Below are positions 29,835 through 38,151 of a DNA stretch of 64,000 nt, one piece after another (the first letter of the stretch is position 1; the number at the start of each line of letters is the position of its first letter). The DNA is taken from positions 1,523,398 through 1,587,397 of the forward strand of contig OY969789.1 in the NCBI GenBank assembly GCA_963703085.1. Reading direction: 5' to 3'. The notes under the pieces are model-generated. The model was given only the letters and a program-made list of their open reading frames with translations. It was not told the DNA's origin and searched no databases. The position numbers were made by a program, and so were the translations under genes. Origin of the DNA: an uncultured Actinomycetota bacterium (GTDB lineage Bacteria > Actinomycetota > Actinomycetes > Mycobacteriales > Jatrophihabitantaceae).

Positions 29835-30771
29835 CGGCCCGGCTCCGTCGCGTCGCGCGCATGTAGGTCAGGATCGCCACCAGCATCAACACGAACGAGA
29901 TCACCGACAGCGCCGCGCCCTGGTCGAGCTTGTTGAAGGCGAACGACGTCTCGTAGATCTGGAAGCCCAGCGTGGTGGTGGCGCCGCCCGGCCCACCGTT
30001 GGTCATCGCGTACATCAGGTCGAAGTAGTTGAACGTCCAGACGAAGGCGAGCAACCCGGTGAGCGCCAAGATCTCGCGGATCCCGGGCAGGATGATGTAG
30101 CGGACGCGTTGCGCGTAGCTGGCCCCGTCCAGCACTGCAGCCTCGTGCCGCTCGGTCGGGATCGACTTCAGCCCGGCGGAGATCATCAACATCCAGAACG
30201 GCGCGCCCTTCCACACGTTCGCCGCGATCAGAGCGGGCATCGCCGTGGCGTGCTCGCCGAGCCAGTCGCGCGGAGCCATCCCGAACCACCCGATGATCTC
30301 GTTGCCGACCCCGGAGATCGGGTCGTAGATCGCCAACCAGACAGCACCGACGACAACGCCCGGCATCACCCAGGGGGACAACAACAGCACCCGGATCAGC
30401 CGGTCACCGCGACGTTCGCCGTCCAGCGCCAGCGCCAGGACGAAGCCGAGCAATCCCTGGAACACCAGCGATCCGACGGTCCAGTAGACCGTGGTGGCGA
30501 GCACTCCACCGAGGTCGCCGAACTTGAACAATTCCCGGTAGTTGCGCAACCCGGCGAACGAGCCGTCTTTCGGGCTGTAGCGATTGACGTGGACGCTGAC
30601 CCAGACGTTGTAGAGGAACGGGTAGAGCACCAGGCCGGCAGCCAGCAAGGCCGGGACCACGGCCATCGTCCAGCCACCCCAGCGGCGGCGGGAGGCCCGC
30701 TGCCGCTGGGGCCGTTCCGGCTGGTCCGCGGCGCCGGAGCGCCGCTGAACCTTGTCGACCGCCAGGGTCAC
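29824..30771 (-). CDS. carbohydrate ABC transporter permease (MalF-like)
   Basis: I trimmed the ORF to GTG 30771, which overlaps the SBP stop (GTGA). EAA loop: PTERHEAAVLDGASYAQRVRYIILPGI. Confidence 0.9.
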   Translation of the reverse strand: MTLAVDKVQRRSGAADQPERPQRQRASRRRWGGWTMAVVPALLAAGLVLYPFLYNVWVSVHVNRYSPKDGSFAGLRNYRELFKFGDLGGVLATTVYWTVGSLVFQGLLGFVLALALDGERRGDRLIRVLLLSPWVMPGVVVGAVWLAIYDPISGVGNEIIGWFGMAPRDWLGEHATAMPALIAANVWKGAPFWMLMISAGLKSIPTERHEAAVLDGASYAQRVRYIILPGIREILALTGLLAFVWTFNYFDLMYAMTNGGPGGATTTLGFQIYETSFAFNKLDQGAALSVISFVLMLVAILTYMRATRRSRADAG

Positions 30772-32069
30772 TGCAGGACCTGCTCGTCGACCTCCGAGTC
30801 GAAGGAGTTGAGCTGATCCTTCACGTTCTTGCCGCCGGTCACCGCGGGCAGCACGTACTTCTCGAACGCCGCCGCGACCTGCGCAAGCTGGGTCACCGGC
30901 GGGATCGGCAGCCCGCTGTTGGGCAGCTCCGCCTTGAACGGGGCATAGAACGCGCTGGAGAACGTGGCACCGTCCATGCCGTCGTTGATCGGCGGGAACG
31001 CACCGGTCGAGCTCTGCTTGATCAGGTTGTCCTTGGTCGTCATCCAGGCGAGCAGTTTCTTCGCCGCGTCCGCGTGCTTGGTGAACTTCGAGACGCCGAC
31101 CTGCCACCCGCCGGACGCACTCGCCGGCTTGCCACCCGCCTGCGGGGTCGGGATGGTCGTCGTGACATAGCTCGTGCCGAATTTGGCCTTCGGGTTGGCT
31201 GCCTCGATCTCGGCCTTGAACCACGGGCCGCCGACCATCATGGCGACCTTGCCGCCGGCGAACAGCTTCGTCATCGTCTGCTCGGACATGTTGTTCTCCC
31301 CGGGCGGGACTGCGCCGGTCTTGTAGATGTCCTGCAGCAACTGCACGGCGGCGACGGTGTTGTCGTCGCTGCCGGCCACTCCCTTCGGAGAGTCCGCACC
31401 GCTGAGAATCTGCCCGCCGGCCGATTTGATGAACGAGCCGGCCGCCTCGTAGGCCATCGCGTAGTCGTTGTCGGACCTGAACACGAAGCCGTACTTGTCG
31501 GTGCCCTTGAACTTCGCCACGTCCGTGACGAGTTCGTCCCAGGTCTTCGGCGGCGTGGCGATACCGGCCGACTTGAACAGCGCCGGGTTGTACCAGAGCG
31601 CCCGCGCGTCAGTGGTCAGCGGGACGGTGTACTGCCCGCCCTTCACCTTGCCGATGTCCAGCAGGCCGGGGATGAAGTCCTTCGTGGCGATCTGGCCGGA
31701 GCTGATGGCGCTGTTGAGATCGGTGAGGTACCCGGCGTTCGTCCAGGCCTGCACATTGGGATGGTTCACCTGGAACACGTCTGGGCCACTGCGCCCGCGC
31801 AGCGAGGTCGACAACTTGGTGTCGTAGTTGTTGAAGTCGATCTGATCGACCTTGACCTTGATCTTCGGGTTGGCCTTTTCGAAGGCGTCGATGATCGTCT
31901 GCTCGGTCTTGATCTGCGTGTCGGTCGACGGCGTTCCCCAATGGATCGTGACCGCTCCGCCGGAGCTCTTGGACGACGAACACCCGGTGATCACCAACGG
32001 GATCACCGCGACGCAGGCGACCATTGCTCGGGCCGGCCACCGGCCGCGTCGTGCTGAGTTAGCCTTCAT
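30768..32069 (-). CDS. carbohydrate ABC transporter substrate-binding lipoprotein
   Basis: 433 aa. Signal peptide plus lipobox (VITGCSSS). Family 1 extracellular solute-binding pattern. AGGAG SD lies 6 nt upstream of the ATG. Confidence 0.9.
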   Translation of the reverse strand: MKANSARRGRWPARAMVACVAVIPLVITGCSSSKSSGGAVTIHWGTPSTDTQIKTEQTIIDAFEKANPKIKVKVDQIDFNNYDTKLSTSLRGRSGPDVFQVNHPNVQAWTNAGYLTDLNSAISSGQIATKDFIPGLLDIGKVKGGQYTVPLTTDARALWYNPALFKSAGIATPPKTWDELVTDVAKFKGTDKYGFVFRSDNDYAMAYEAAGSFIKSAGGQILSGADSPKGVAGSDDNTVAAVQLLQDIYKTGAVPPGENNMSEQTMTKLFAGGKVAMMVGGPWFKAEIEAANPKAKFGTSYVTTTIPTPQAGGKPASASGGWQVGVSKFTKHADAAKKLLAWMTTKDNLIKQSSTGAFPPINDGMDGATFSSAFYAPFKAELPNSGLPIPPVTQLAQVAAAFEKYVLPAVTGGKNVKDQLNSFDSEVDEQVLQ

Positions 32070-32079
32070 CCGGATCTCC

Positions 32080-32113
32080 TATAATCGATAGTCGCTCCTC
32101 GTTAGACGAGGAG
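32080..32113. promoter_or_regulatory. AT-rich divergent control region: TATAAT box plus 7-bp-arm palindrome (candidate GntR operator)
   Basis: Perfect TATAAT at 32080-32085 on the plus strand. Palindrome ctcctcg-ttaga-cgaggag at 32095-32113. Both lie between the SBP operon start (32069) and the gntR start (32173). Confidence 0.3.
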
Positions 32114-32172
32114 ATTGCCGTAAGGTCACTGCCGTGTCAACGGGCGCTGGTCTTAATCGAGGGGCGTGAGCG

Positions 32173-32955
32173 ATGGCTGGACTGGACCGGACGCTGCTGT
32201 CCGACCAGGCATATCACCTACTGCGCGAGCGACTGCTGACCCAGCAGCTGGAACCGGGCAGCCGGTTGGTCGAGTCGGTCATCGCCAAGGAGCTGCAAGT
32301 CAGCCAGGCACCGATCCGGGACGCGCTGCGCCGGCTGGCGCACGAGGGATTCGTCCTGCAGCTGCCCCGGCGCGGGAGCTTCGTGGCGCACATGTCGACC
32401 GAGGAAGCGCATCAGGCCTACAAAGTTCGTGCCGCTCTCGAGCGAGTCGCGGTGGAGCATTACCTGCAGCGGCGCACCGAGACGTCCCTCGACCTGTTGG
32501 ACAAACACCTGCAGACCATGATCCAGGCGGCCGCCGGTGACGACCTCGGCAAGCTGATCGAATGCGACGCTCAGTTCCACCGCACGATCTGGGAGGAGTC
32601 CGGGGTCGCGCTACTGGTCAAGATCTGGCCGATGGTCGAGGTCAGCATGCGCGACCTGACGCAGATCTCGAACCGGTTGTACTTCGCTGACCTTGACCAG
32701 GTCGCGCGCACTCATGAGCCCCTGCTGGCGGCGTTGCGCGCGGGCGACCCGCAGGCCGTCGATCTGTTCCACGACCACGTGCTCGCGGTGTGGACGCACG
32801 TCGCGGAGCCCGCCGAGCACCCCGTGCGGGCCCGCGCAGCGAAGCGTGCGCCGAGAAGCACCAACAGCAGCCAAGGCCGCCGTCAACGGCAGCCGCAGCC
32901 GGCCAGCGCCGCTGCGGCCGCGTCGAGAGCTGCATCGGCGGGCACTTCGTCGTAG
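32173..32955 (+). CDS. GntR family transcriptional regulator, FadR/FCD subfamily
   Basis: N-terminal wHTH: SVIAKELQVSQAPIRDALRRLAHEGFV. FCD-type all-helical C-domain (DAQFHRTIWE, H..L). An Arg-rich roughly 50-aa tail overlaps the dacB 3' end. Confidence 0.9.
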   Translation: MAGLDRTLLSDQAYHLLRERLLTQQLEPGSRLVESVIAKELQVSQAPIRDALRRLAHEGFVLQLPRRGSFVAHMSTEEAHQAYKVRAALERVAVEHYLQRRTETSLDLLDKHLQTMIQAAAGDDLGKLIECDAQFHRTIWEESGVALLVKIWPMVEVSMRDLTQISNRLYFADLDQVARTHEPLLAALRAGDPQAVDLFHDHVLAVWTHVAEPAEHPVRARAAKRAPRSTNSSQGRRQRQPQPASAAAAASRAASAGTSS

Positions 32956-34310
32956 ACACCGACCTGATCGGCCATGAACGCGAAGACCAGGAGCCGCCCG
33001 GAGGCGTCTCGAATGATGCCGGCCAGCGTGTTCGTCCCGGTCAGCGATCCCGTCTTGGCCCGTACCGCACCGGCGCCGCCGCGGGATCCCTTGACCTGGT
33101 ACCGGGTAGCCAGCGTGCCGTCCCAGCCGGCCACCGGCATCCCACTGACGACACCGCCCAGCGCCGGATGCCGGCCGCCGACGATGACCCGCAACAGCGC
33201 GCCCAACGCGCTCGGCGCGATCCGGTCCCGCACCGACAGCCCGGAGGCGTCGACCAAATCGACGCCGGACGTGATGCCCAGCTTGGCCAGCACCGTACGA
33301 ACCGCGGTGACCGTCCCGGCGAACGATGCCGGCTGGTGCTCCAGCACGGCCACCTGCCGGCCCAGCATCTCGGCGATGACGTTGTCGGAGTCCTTGAGCA
33401 TCTGCTCGACCAGGTCGAGTACCGGCGCCGATGCCACCGAACCCAGCCGTTTCGCTCCGGCCGGCGCAGTGCCGCGCCGCACCGGCACGCTGTGCGGCAG
33501 ACCGAGCAGGTTCGCCAGGGCGCGGCCCGCCTCCAGGTCCGGGTTCTGGCTGCGGATCGCTCCGCCGGCAGCAGGCAACCCACCGTCCACGACCAGCGCA
33601 GTGACCGACGACTGGTAGTCACTGGGCACGTCCTCGGCCGCCCAACCCGGCGCCTCCAGCGCGCCGGAGTATCGCGAGCCGTCCACCACGATCGACGTCA
33701 CTGCCGCGCCGAAGTTCTTCCGGATCATCGTGGCGAGCTGAGCCAGCCGTGCCGCATTCGGGTAGAGCGACGGGCGCCCCGGCGGCGCGGCGCTGAGGGT
33801 CGGATCACCGCCACCGATCAGGACGACCTGTCCGGGCACCGCTCCGGCCACCGCGAGCGTGCTGAACCGGTCCGTGGCCTTGGCGGCGGTGAGGATGGCA
33901 CTCGCGGTCGTCAGCTTCGTCGTCGACGCCGGGATGAACCCGGCCGAGCCGGCCTGGTCGAACAGGAGATTCCCGCTGCTCGCGTCGGCCACGTACCCGC
34001 CGACCTTCGGCCCGAGCGCTGCGGCGCGCAGCAACGGCGCCAGCTCTGCGGCGACCTTGGTCGGGTCGGCGCTCGGCCCGGCAGCGCCCGGGGTCGTGCT
34101 CGCCGGTGGCCTGGTCGCGGCGCCGACCGCCGCGGGAGTGGAGGGTGTTGCTGAGCGCCCGGTGCCGGGTGGGGTCGGGCTCCCGGTGGCCGGCGCCGCG
34201 GCGGAGAGGTCGCGCAGCTGGTGACCACCGAGGAATCCCACCGCGCCTACCGCGACCAGAACGACGACCAGCAGCGCGATGCCGAGACCGGACCGCACGC
34301 GGGGATTCAC
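32883..34310 (-). CDS. dacB: D-alanyl-D-alanine carboxypeptidase/endopeptidase (PBP4 family)
   Basis: PBP4 motifs: PASTTKL (SxxK), SDN (KDSDNVIAE) and KTGSL (KTG). One N-terminal TM helix. The start is set at GTG 34310 to avoid the ppa promoter region; GTG 34298 is an alternative. Confidence 0.85.
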   Translation of the reverse strand: MNPRVRSGLGIALLVVVLVAVGAVGFLGGHQLRDLSAAAPATGSPTPPGTGRSATPSTPAAVGAATRPPASTTPGAAGPSADPTKVAAELAPLLRAAALGPKVGGYVADASSGNLLFDQAGSAGFIPASTTKLTTASAILTAAKATDRFSTLAVAGAVPGQVVLIGGGDPTLSAAPPGRPSLYPNAARLAQLATMIRKNFGAAVTSIVVDGSRYSGALEAPGWAAEDVPSDYQSSVTALVVDGGLPAAGGAIRSQNPDLEAGRALANLLGLPHSVPVRRGTAPAGAKRLGSVASAPVLDLVEQMLKDSDNVIAEMLGRQVAVLEHQPASFAGTVTAVRTVLAKLGITSGVDLVDASGLSVRDRIAPSALGALLRVIVGGRHPALGGVVSGMPVAGWDGTLATRYQVKGSRGGAGAVRAKTGSLTGTNTLAGIIRDASGRLLVFAFMADQVGVYDEVPADAALDAAAAALAGCGCR

Positions 34311-34367
34311 GCCTACGACACTAGGGTGTTGAACCAGTCGCACGTTGAGGTGGGAGGGAGCGTCACC

Positions 34368-34856
34368 GTGGAGTTCGATGTCCTGGTCGAGGTTCCCAAA
34401 GGCAGCCGCAACAAGTACGAGGTCGACCACGGAACCGGGCGGATCCGGCTGGACCGCACGCTGTTCACCTCAACGCAATATCCGGCCGACTACGGCTACA
34501 TCGAGGACACCCTGGGGCTGGACGGCGACCCGCTCGATGCGCTGGTGATCTTGCAGGGCGACCCGCTCTTCCCCGGCGTGCTGGTGCGCTGCCGGGCGAT
34601 CGGCATGTACCGGATGACCGATGAGAAAGGTCCGGACGACAAGGTGCTCTGCGTGCCGAACACCGACCCGCGCCTGGAGCACCTGCGCGACATCCATCAC
34701 GTTCCGGAGTTCGACCGGCTGGAGATCTCGCACTTCTTCGCCGTCTACAAAGAGCTGGAGCCGGGCAAGAGCGTCGAGGGCGCCACGTGGGTCGGCCGGG
34801 TCGAGGCAGAGGCGGAGATCGACCGGTCCCGCAAGCGGCTGACTGACTCGCACTGA
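34368..34856 (+). CDS. ppa: inorganic pyrophosphatase
   Basis: GTG 34368 is preceded by GGGAGGGAG 7 nt upstream. Family I PPase motifs: [44 protein letters not shown]. Confidence 0.95.
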   Translation: MEFDVLVEVPKGSRNKYEVDHGTGRIRLDRTLFTSTQYPADYGYIEDTLGLDGDPLDALVILQGDPLFPGVLVRCRAIGMYRMTDEKGPDDKVLCVPNTDPRLEHLRDIHHVPEFDRLEISHFFAVYKELEPGKSVEGATWVGRVEAEAEIDRSRKRLTDSH

Positions 34857-34929
34857 ACCTGTCGATTCTGCTTCTGCGCGTTCGTCATCCCAGACGACAA
34901 CGCACGGACATCGATCTTGGGAGAACGTC

Positions 34930-35271
34930 ATGCCTGAGTACCTGGTCCTGATCTACGAGGACGAGCGGCAGTGGGAATCGATCAGCCCGGACGACTGGGC
35001 ACAGGCGATGCAGGCGCACAGCGACTTCGCCGAGAAGGCGGTCGCCGGTGGCGCGAAGATCGTCAACACCCGGCCCTTGGAGCCGACGCGCGCGACTACT
35101 TCCTTCCGCGAGGGCCTGATCACCGAGGGCCCGTTCGTCGAGACCGCTGAGCAGCTCGGCGGTTACTACCTGGTGGAGGCGCGCGATCTCGACCACGCGC
35201 TGGAGGTCGGCGCGATGGCGCCGGCCCGCAACGGCCACGTCGAAGTACGCCCGATCGCAGATCTCGACTAG
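34930..35271 (+). CDS. YciI family protein
   Basis: 113 aa. MPEYLVLIYEDE..., GPFVETAEQLGGYYLVEARDLDHALE is typical of YciI/DGPF domain proteins. Confidence 0.85.
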   Translation: MPEYLVLIYEDERQWESISPDDWAQAMQAHSDFAEKAVAGGAKIVNTRPLEPTRATTSFREGLITEGPFVETAEQLGGYYLVEARDLDHALEVGAMAPARNGHVEVRPIADLD

Positions 35272-35924
35272 CCGCCGAGCAACCCGGACTCGTAACCCGC
35301 GGCCACTGCAGCGGCCCGGTCGCTGACGCCGAGCTTGGCGTAGATGTGCACGAGGTGTGTTTTCACCGTCGCCTCGCTGACGAACAGCTCGCGGGCGGCA
35401 TCGCGGTTGGTGGTTCCGCGCGCGACGAGACGCAGCACATCGATCTCGCGCGGGCTCAGTGTTGCCTGCTTCGGGTCCCGGACCTGGCCGAGCAGCCGCT
35501 CGGCCACCGAGGAGGCCAGCACCGTCTCGCCACGATGCGCGGCACGCACCGCCCGGAGCAACTCTTCGCCCGACGCGTCCTTGAGCAGGTAACCGGTGGC
35601 GCCGGCTTCCACTGCGGCGACGACATCGGCGTCGGTGTCGAACGTGGTGAGCACCAGAACCGGGGTGTGCTGCCCGGCCGCTCGCAGCGCCCGGATGGTC
35701 TCCGCCCCGCCGAGATCCGGCATCCGCAAATCCATCAGCACGACGTCGGGATCCAGCGCGGGCACCAGCGCCAGCGCGTTCCGGCCGCCGGATGCCGTGC
35801 CCACCACCTCGATGCCGGGCTCGTCGGCGAACAGCCCGCTCAGCCCGTCCCGCACGATCGGGTGGTCGTCGACGATCAACAGGCGGATGGGCGCTGCGCT
35901 CATCGGTGCGTCCTGCGCCGCCAC
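35268..35924 (-). CDS. two-component response regulator, NarL/LuxR family
   Basis: REC domain (LLIVDDHPIVRDGL, VVLMDLRMPDLGG, VLVLTTFD). LuxR HTH (LSPREIDVLRLVARGTTNRDAARELFVSEATVKTHL). An alternative start is ATG 35903. Confidence 0.95.
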   Translation of the reverse strand: MAAQDAPMSAAPIRLLIVDDHPIVRDGLSGLFADEPGIEVVGTASGGRNALALVPALDPDVVLMDLRMPDLGGAETIRALRAAGQHTPVLVLTTFDTDADVVAAVEAGATGYLLKDASGEELLRAVRAAHRGETVLASSVAERLLGQVRDPKQATLSPREIDVLRLVARGTTNRDAARELFVSEATVKTHLVHIYAKLGVSDRAAAVAAGYESGLLGG

Positions 35925-35931
35925 ATTGCGC

Positions 35932-37203
35932 TCATGCTGCCAGCACAGCGGGTACCCGAGCGTTCAGCACAGTGCCCTGCCCCGGCGTGCTCTCCACCTC
36001 GAGCTCACCGCCGACCCGCTGCAGCCGCAACCGCATGCCCTCCAGCCCGAACCCGCCGGCGGCATGCGGGCGCCGCGGTGCGGCGACGTCGAAGCCGATG
36101 CCGTCGTCCTGGACGTCGAGCAGCACGACGTCCTCCATGTACGACAGGGTGACCGCGACCTTCTCCGCCGTGGCGTGCCGCACGATGTTGGCCAGCGCCT
36201 CCTGCATCACTCGCAGCAGGGTGACTTCCAGATCCGGAAGCAGCCGCACCGGCAGTCCGGTGGTCTCCACCCGGGCCGGCACGGCGGATCTCTCCGACCA
36301 GTCGCTGACCGCCCGGCTGATCGCTTCCGGCAACGGGGTGCCCTCCAATGCCTCCGGACGCAGCGCGTTCACCGATCGGCGCGCTTCGCGCAGGCTGCTC
36401 TGCGCCAGTTGCCGAGCGGAGGCATGATGGCGGGTCCGCTCGGCTGCCGTCATCCCCTCGCGGCCAGCTGCGTCGAGTTGCCGGATGATGCCGGTGAGGC
36501 CCTGCGCCAAGGTGTCGTGGATCTCGCCGGCCATCCGGGCCCGCTCGTCGAGCATGCCGGCTTCGCGGGCTTGGGCCAGCAGTTGCGCCTGCAGGCCGGT
36601 GTTCTCCCGCAGTGCCGACTCGAGGTGTTCGTTCGTCGCAGCCAGCTCATTGATCATCGTCTGCCGCTCGGCGCTCTGCGTGGCTGTCATCGTCCCGATG
36701 ACGGTGAACGCGCAGGCGAGGACGCCGTTGATGGCCGCAACCGCGACGTAGGTGGCGATCGAACCCGCCGTGCCGTCCGGGTAGCCGCCGACCTGGGATG
36801 CGGCGACGATCGCGGCATTGGCCACCACGGCCAGCGCCATCCACGGCATGACGAACAGCCGGGCCGCATCGACGTAACCCAGCCACGCCGGCAGTGCGTA
36901 CCACGGGTTCAGCCCGATGAGCACGCCGCACAGCGCCCATCGGACCACCCAGAACACCACCCGGCGGGACATCGCTGCCCGCTCCAGTTCCAGGCCGCCG
37001 TCCCGCCACGCCGTCCAGCCAAGCAGCACCACCGCGAGGGCGACGGACAGTTCGAACCGGCCGGCCGAGCCGTAGCCCTGGGACGTGATGAGTGCAGCCA
37101 AGCCGATCGACATGGTGACGAGTGCGAACGGAGCGACCCGGAAAAAGCGACGGATGCCGCGCTCCCACTGCGGATTGCCGGAGAGCACATGGATCATCGC
37201 CAC
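35932..37203 (-). CDS. sensor histidine kinase (HisKA_3 / NarX-DesK type) with polytopic N-terminal sensor
   Basis: About 6 N-terminal TM helices. H-box ERARMAGEIHDTLAQGL. HATPase_c motifs (EALANIVRHA, DDGIGF, GFGLEGMRLRL). The start is GTG 37203 or ATG 37197, with no obvious SD. Confidence 0.9.
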   Translation of the reverse strand: MAMIHVLSGNPQWERGIRRFFRVAPFALVTMSIGLAALITSQGYGSAGRFELSVALAVVLLGWTAWRDGGLELERAAMSRRVVFWVVRWALCGVLIGLNPWYALPAWLGYVDAARLFVMPWMALAVVANAAIVAASQVGGYPDGTAGSIATYVAVAAINGVLACAFTVIGTMTATQSAERQTMINELAATNEHLESALRENTGLQAQLLAQAREAGMLDERARMAGEIHDTLAQGLTGIIRQLDAAGREGMTAAERTRHHASARQLAQSSLREARRSVNALRPEALEGTPLPEAISRAVSDWSERSAVPARVETTGLPVRLLPDLEVTLLRVMQEALANIVRHATAEKVAVTLSYMEDVVLLDVQDDGIGFDVAAPRRPHAAGGFGLEGMRLRLQRVGGELEVESTPGQGTVLNARVPAVLAA

Positions 37204-37213
37204 GGCTGCACGC

Positions 37214-37384
37214 TCACGCCGGTGATCGTCTCGGGATCATGCTCGCTCCGCAAGCGTCGCTCGGGATCATGCTCGCTCCGCAAGCGTCGCTCGGGATCAT
37301 GCTCGCTCCGCAAGCGTCGCTCGGGATCATGCTCGCTCCGCAAGCGTCGCTCGGGATCATGCTCGCTCCGCAAGCGTCGCTCAT
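37214..37384 (-). CDS. candidate repeat-encoded micro-ORF (56 aa) translationally coupled to the ABC-2 permease
   Basis: ATG 37384-37382 overlaps the permease TGA 37383-37381. The ORF reads MSDACGAS(MIPSDACGAS)x4MIPRRSPA and stops at 37216-37214. Every repeat unit supplies GGAG-N5-ATG in this frame. Translation is unproven. Confidence 0.3.
   Translation of the reverse strand: MSDACGASMIPSDACGASMIPSDACGASMIPSDACGASMIPSDACGASMIPRRSPA
37231..37380. repeat. perfect tandem repeat, 5 x 30 bp (tcgggatcatgctcgctccgcaagcgtcgc)
   Basis: Direct reading. Units at 37231, 37261, 37291, 37321 and 37351 are identical with no mismatch or spacer. They occupy 150 of the 177 nt between the ABC-2 permease stop and the kinase start. 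Confidence 0.98.
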
Positions 37385-38151
37385 TCCCAGCGGAACAACC
37401 GCACGGCCAACGCACTGAACCCGACTGCATAGGCGGCCAGCACGCCCAGTTGCAGCGCGCCGGGGAAATGCCCGCCGGTCGCGTCCTGCATGGCCTGCAC
37501 CGTTGCACCGAGCGGGGTGTAGTCGCTGATGTGGCGCAGCACCGGCGGCATCTGCGCCCGCGGCAGCCACAACCCGGCGAAGAACATCATCGGGAAGAAC
37601 AGCACGGCGCCGGCCGCGTTCGCGATCTTGGCCGACGGCGCCACCGCGGCCACGAAGACGCCGATTCCGAGCAACGCCGCGGCAGCGAGCACGTAAGTGA
37701 CGACGTAGCCGCCGAACTGCTTCGGCAGTGCTACCTGATACCCGATCCGGGCGACGACGAGCAGCACGATGCTGGTGATTGCACCCGCGCAGAAGTGCAG
37801 GAGTACCTGGATGCGCAGCAGCGCTACCGGCGAGACCGGCGTGGTGGCCAACCGTCGCAGTACCCCACGTTCGCGGTAGGTGCCGAGCACCGGCGGCAAC
37901 CCGTTCAACGCGAGCATCGCCATCGAGAAGACGGTGATGATCGGCAGGTACGCGCTGAAGTAGCTCAGCCCGTGCAACTCCTTCGCCGGGTCGCGGGTGG
38001 CCGGGAAGGCGCCCAGCACAACGATCGCGATCAGCGGCGCAAGCATGCCCCACACCAAGCCGATCGGGTCGCGCCGGAACAGGGTCGCCTCGGTGCGGGC
38101 CAGCCGGGTGCGGCGGCGGGGGCTGACGGTGGGCAGCACTGCGGTACTCAT
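37381..38151 (-). CDS. ABC-2 type transporter permease
   Basis: 256 aa with 6 TM helices and ABC-2 family topology. The ATG overlaps the ATPase stop (ATGA). Confidence 0.9.
   Translation of the reverse strand: MSTAVLPTVSPRRRTRLARTEATLFRRDPIGLVWGMLAPLIAIVVLGAFPATRDPAKELHGLSYFSAYLPIITVFSMAMLALNGLPPVLGTYRERGVLRRLATTPVSPVALLRIQVLLHFCAGAITSIVLLVVARIGYQVALPKQFGGYVVTYVLAAAALLGIGVFVAAVAPSAKIANAAGAVLFFPMMFFAGLWLPRAQMPPVLRHISDYTPLGATVQAMQDATGGHFPGALQLGVLAAYAVGFSALAVRLFRWE

Noticed and set aside
24083-32955. Looked for mobile-element signatures (integrase, transposase, tRNA target, direct repeats) around the catabolic island and around the 4911-15991 insertion.
   Set aside because: None found. The blocks cannot be called genomic islands in the mobile sense from this sequence alone.
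35268-35271. The YciI gene (plus) and the response regulator gene (minus) share one palindromic CTAG as both stop codons.
   Set aside because: This is a curious but trivial consequence of tight convergent packing. No functional implication can be supported.
37231-37380. Possibility that the 30-bp repeat array is a CRISPR array.
   Set aside because: The units abut directly with no spacers, there are only 5 copies, and there are no cas genes in the window. It is a tandem minisatellite, not a CRISPR.
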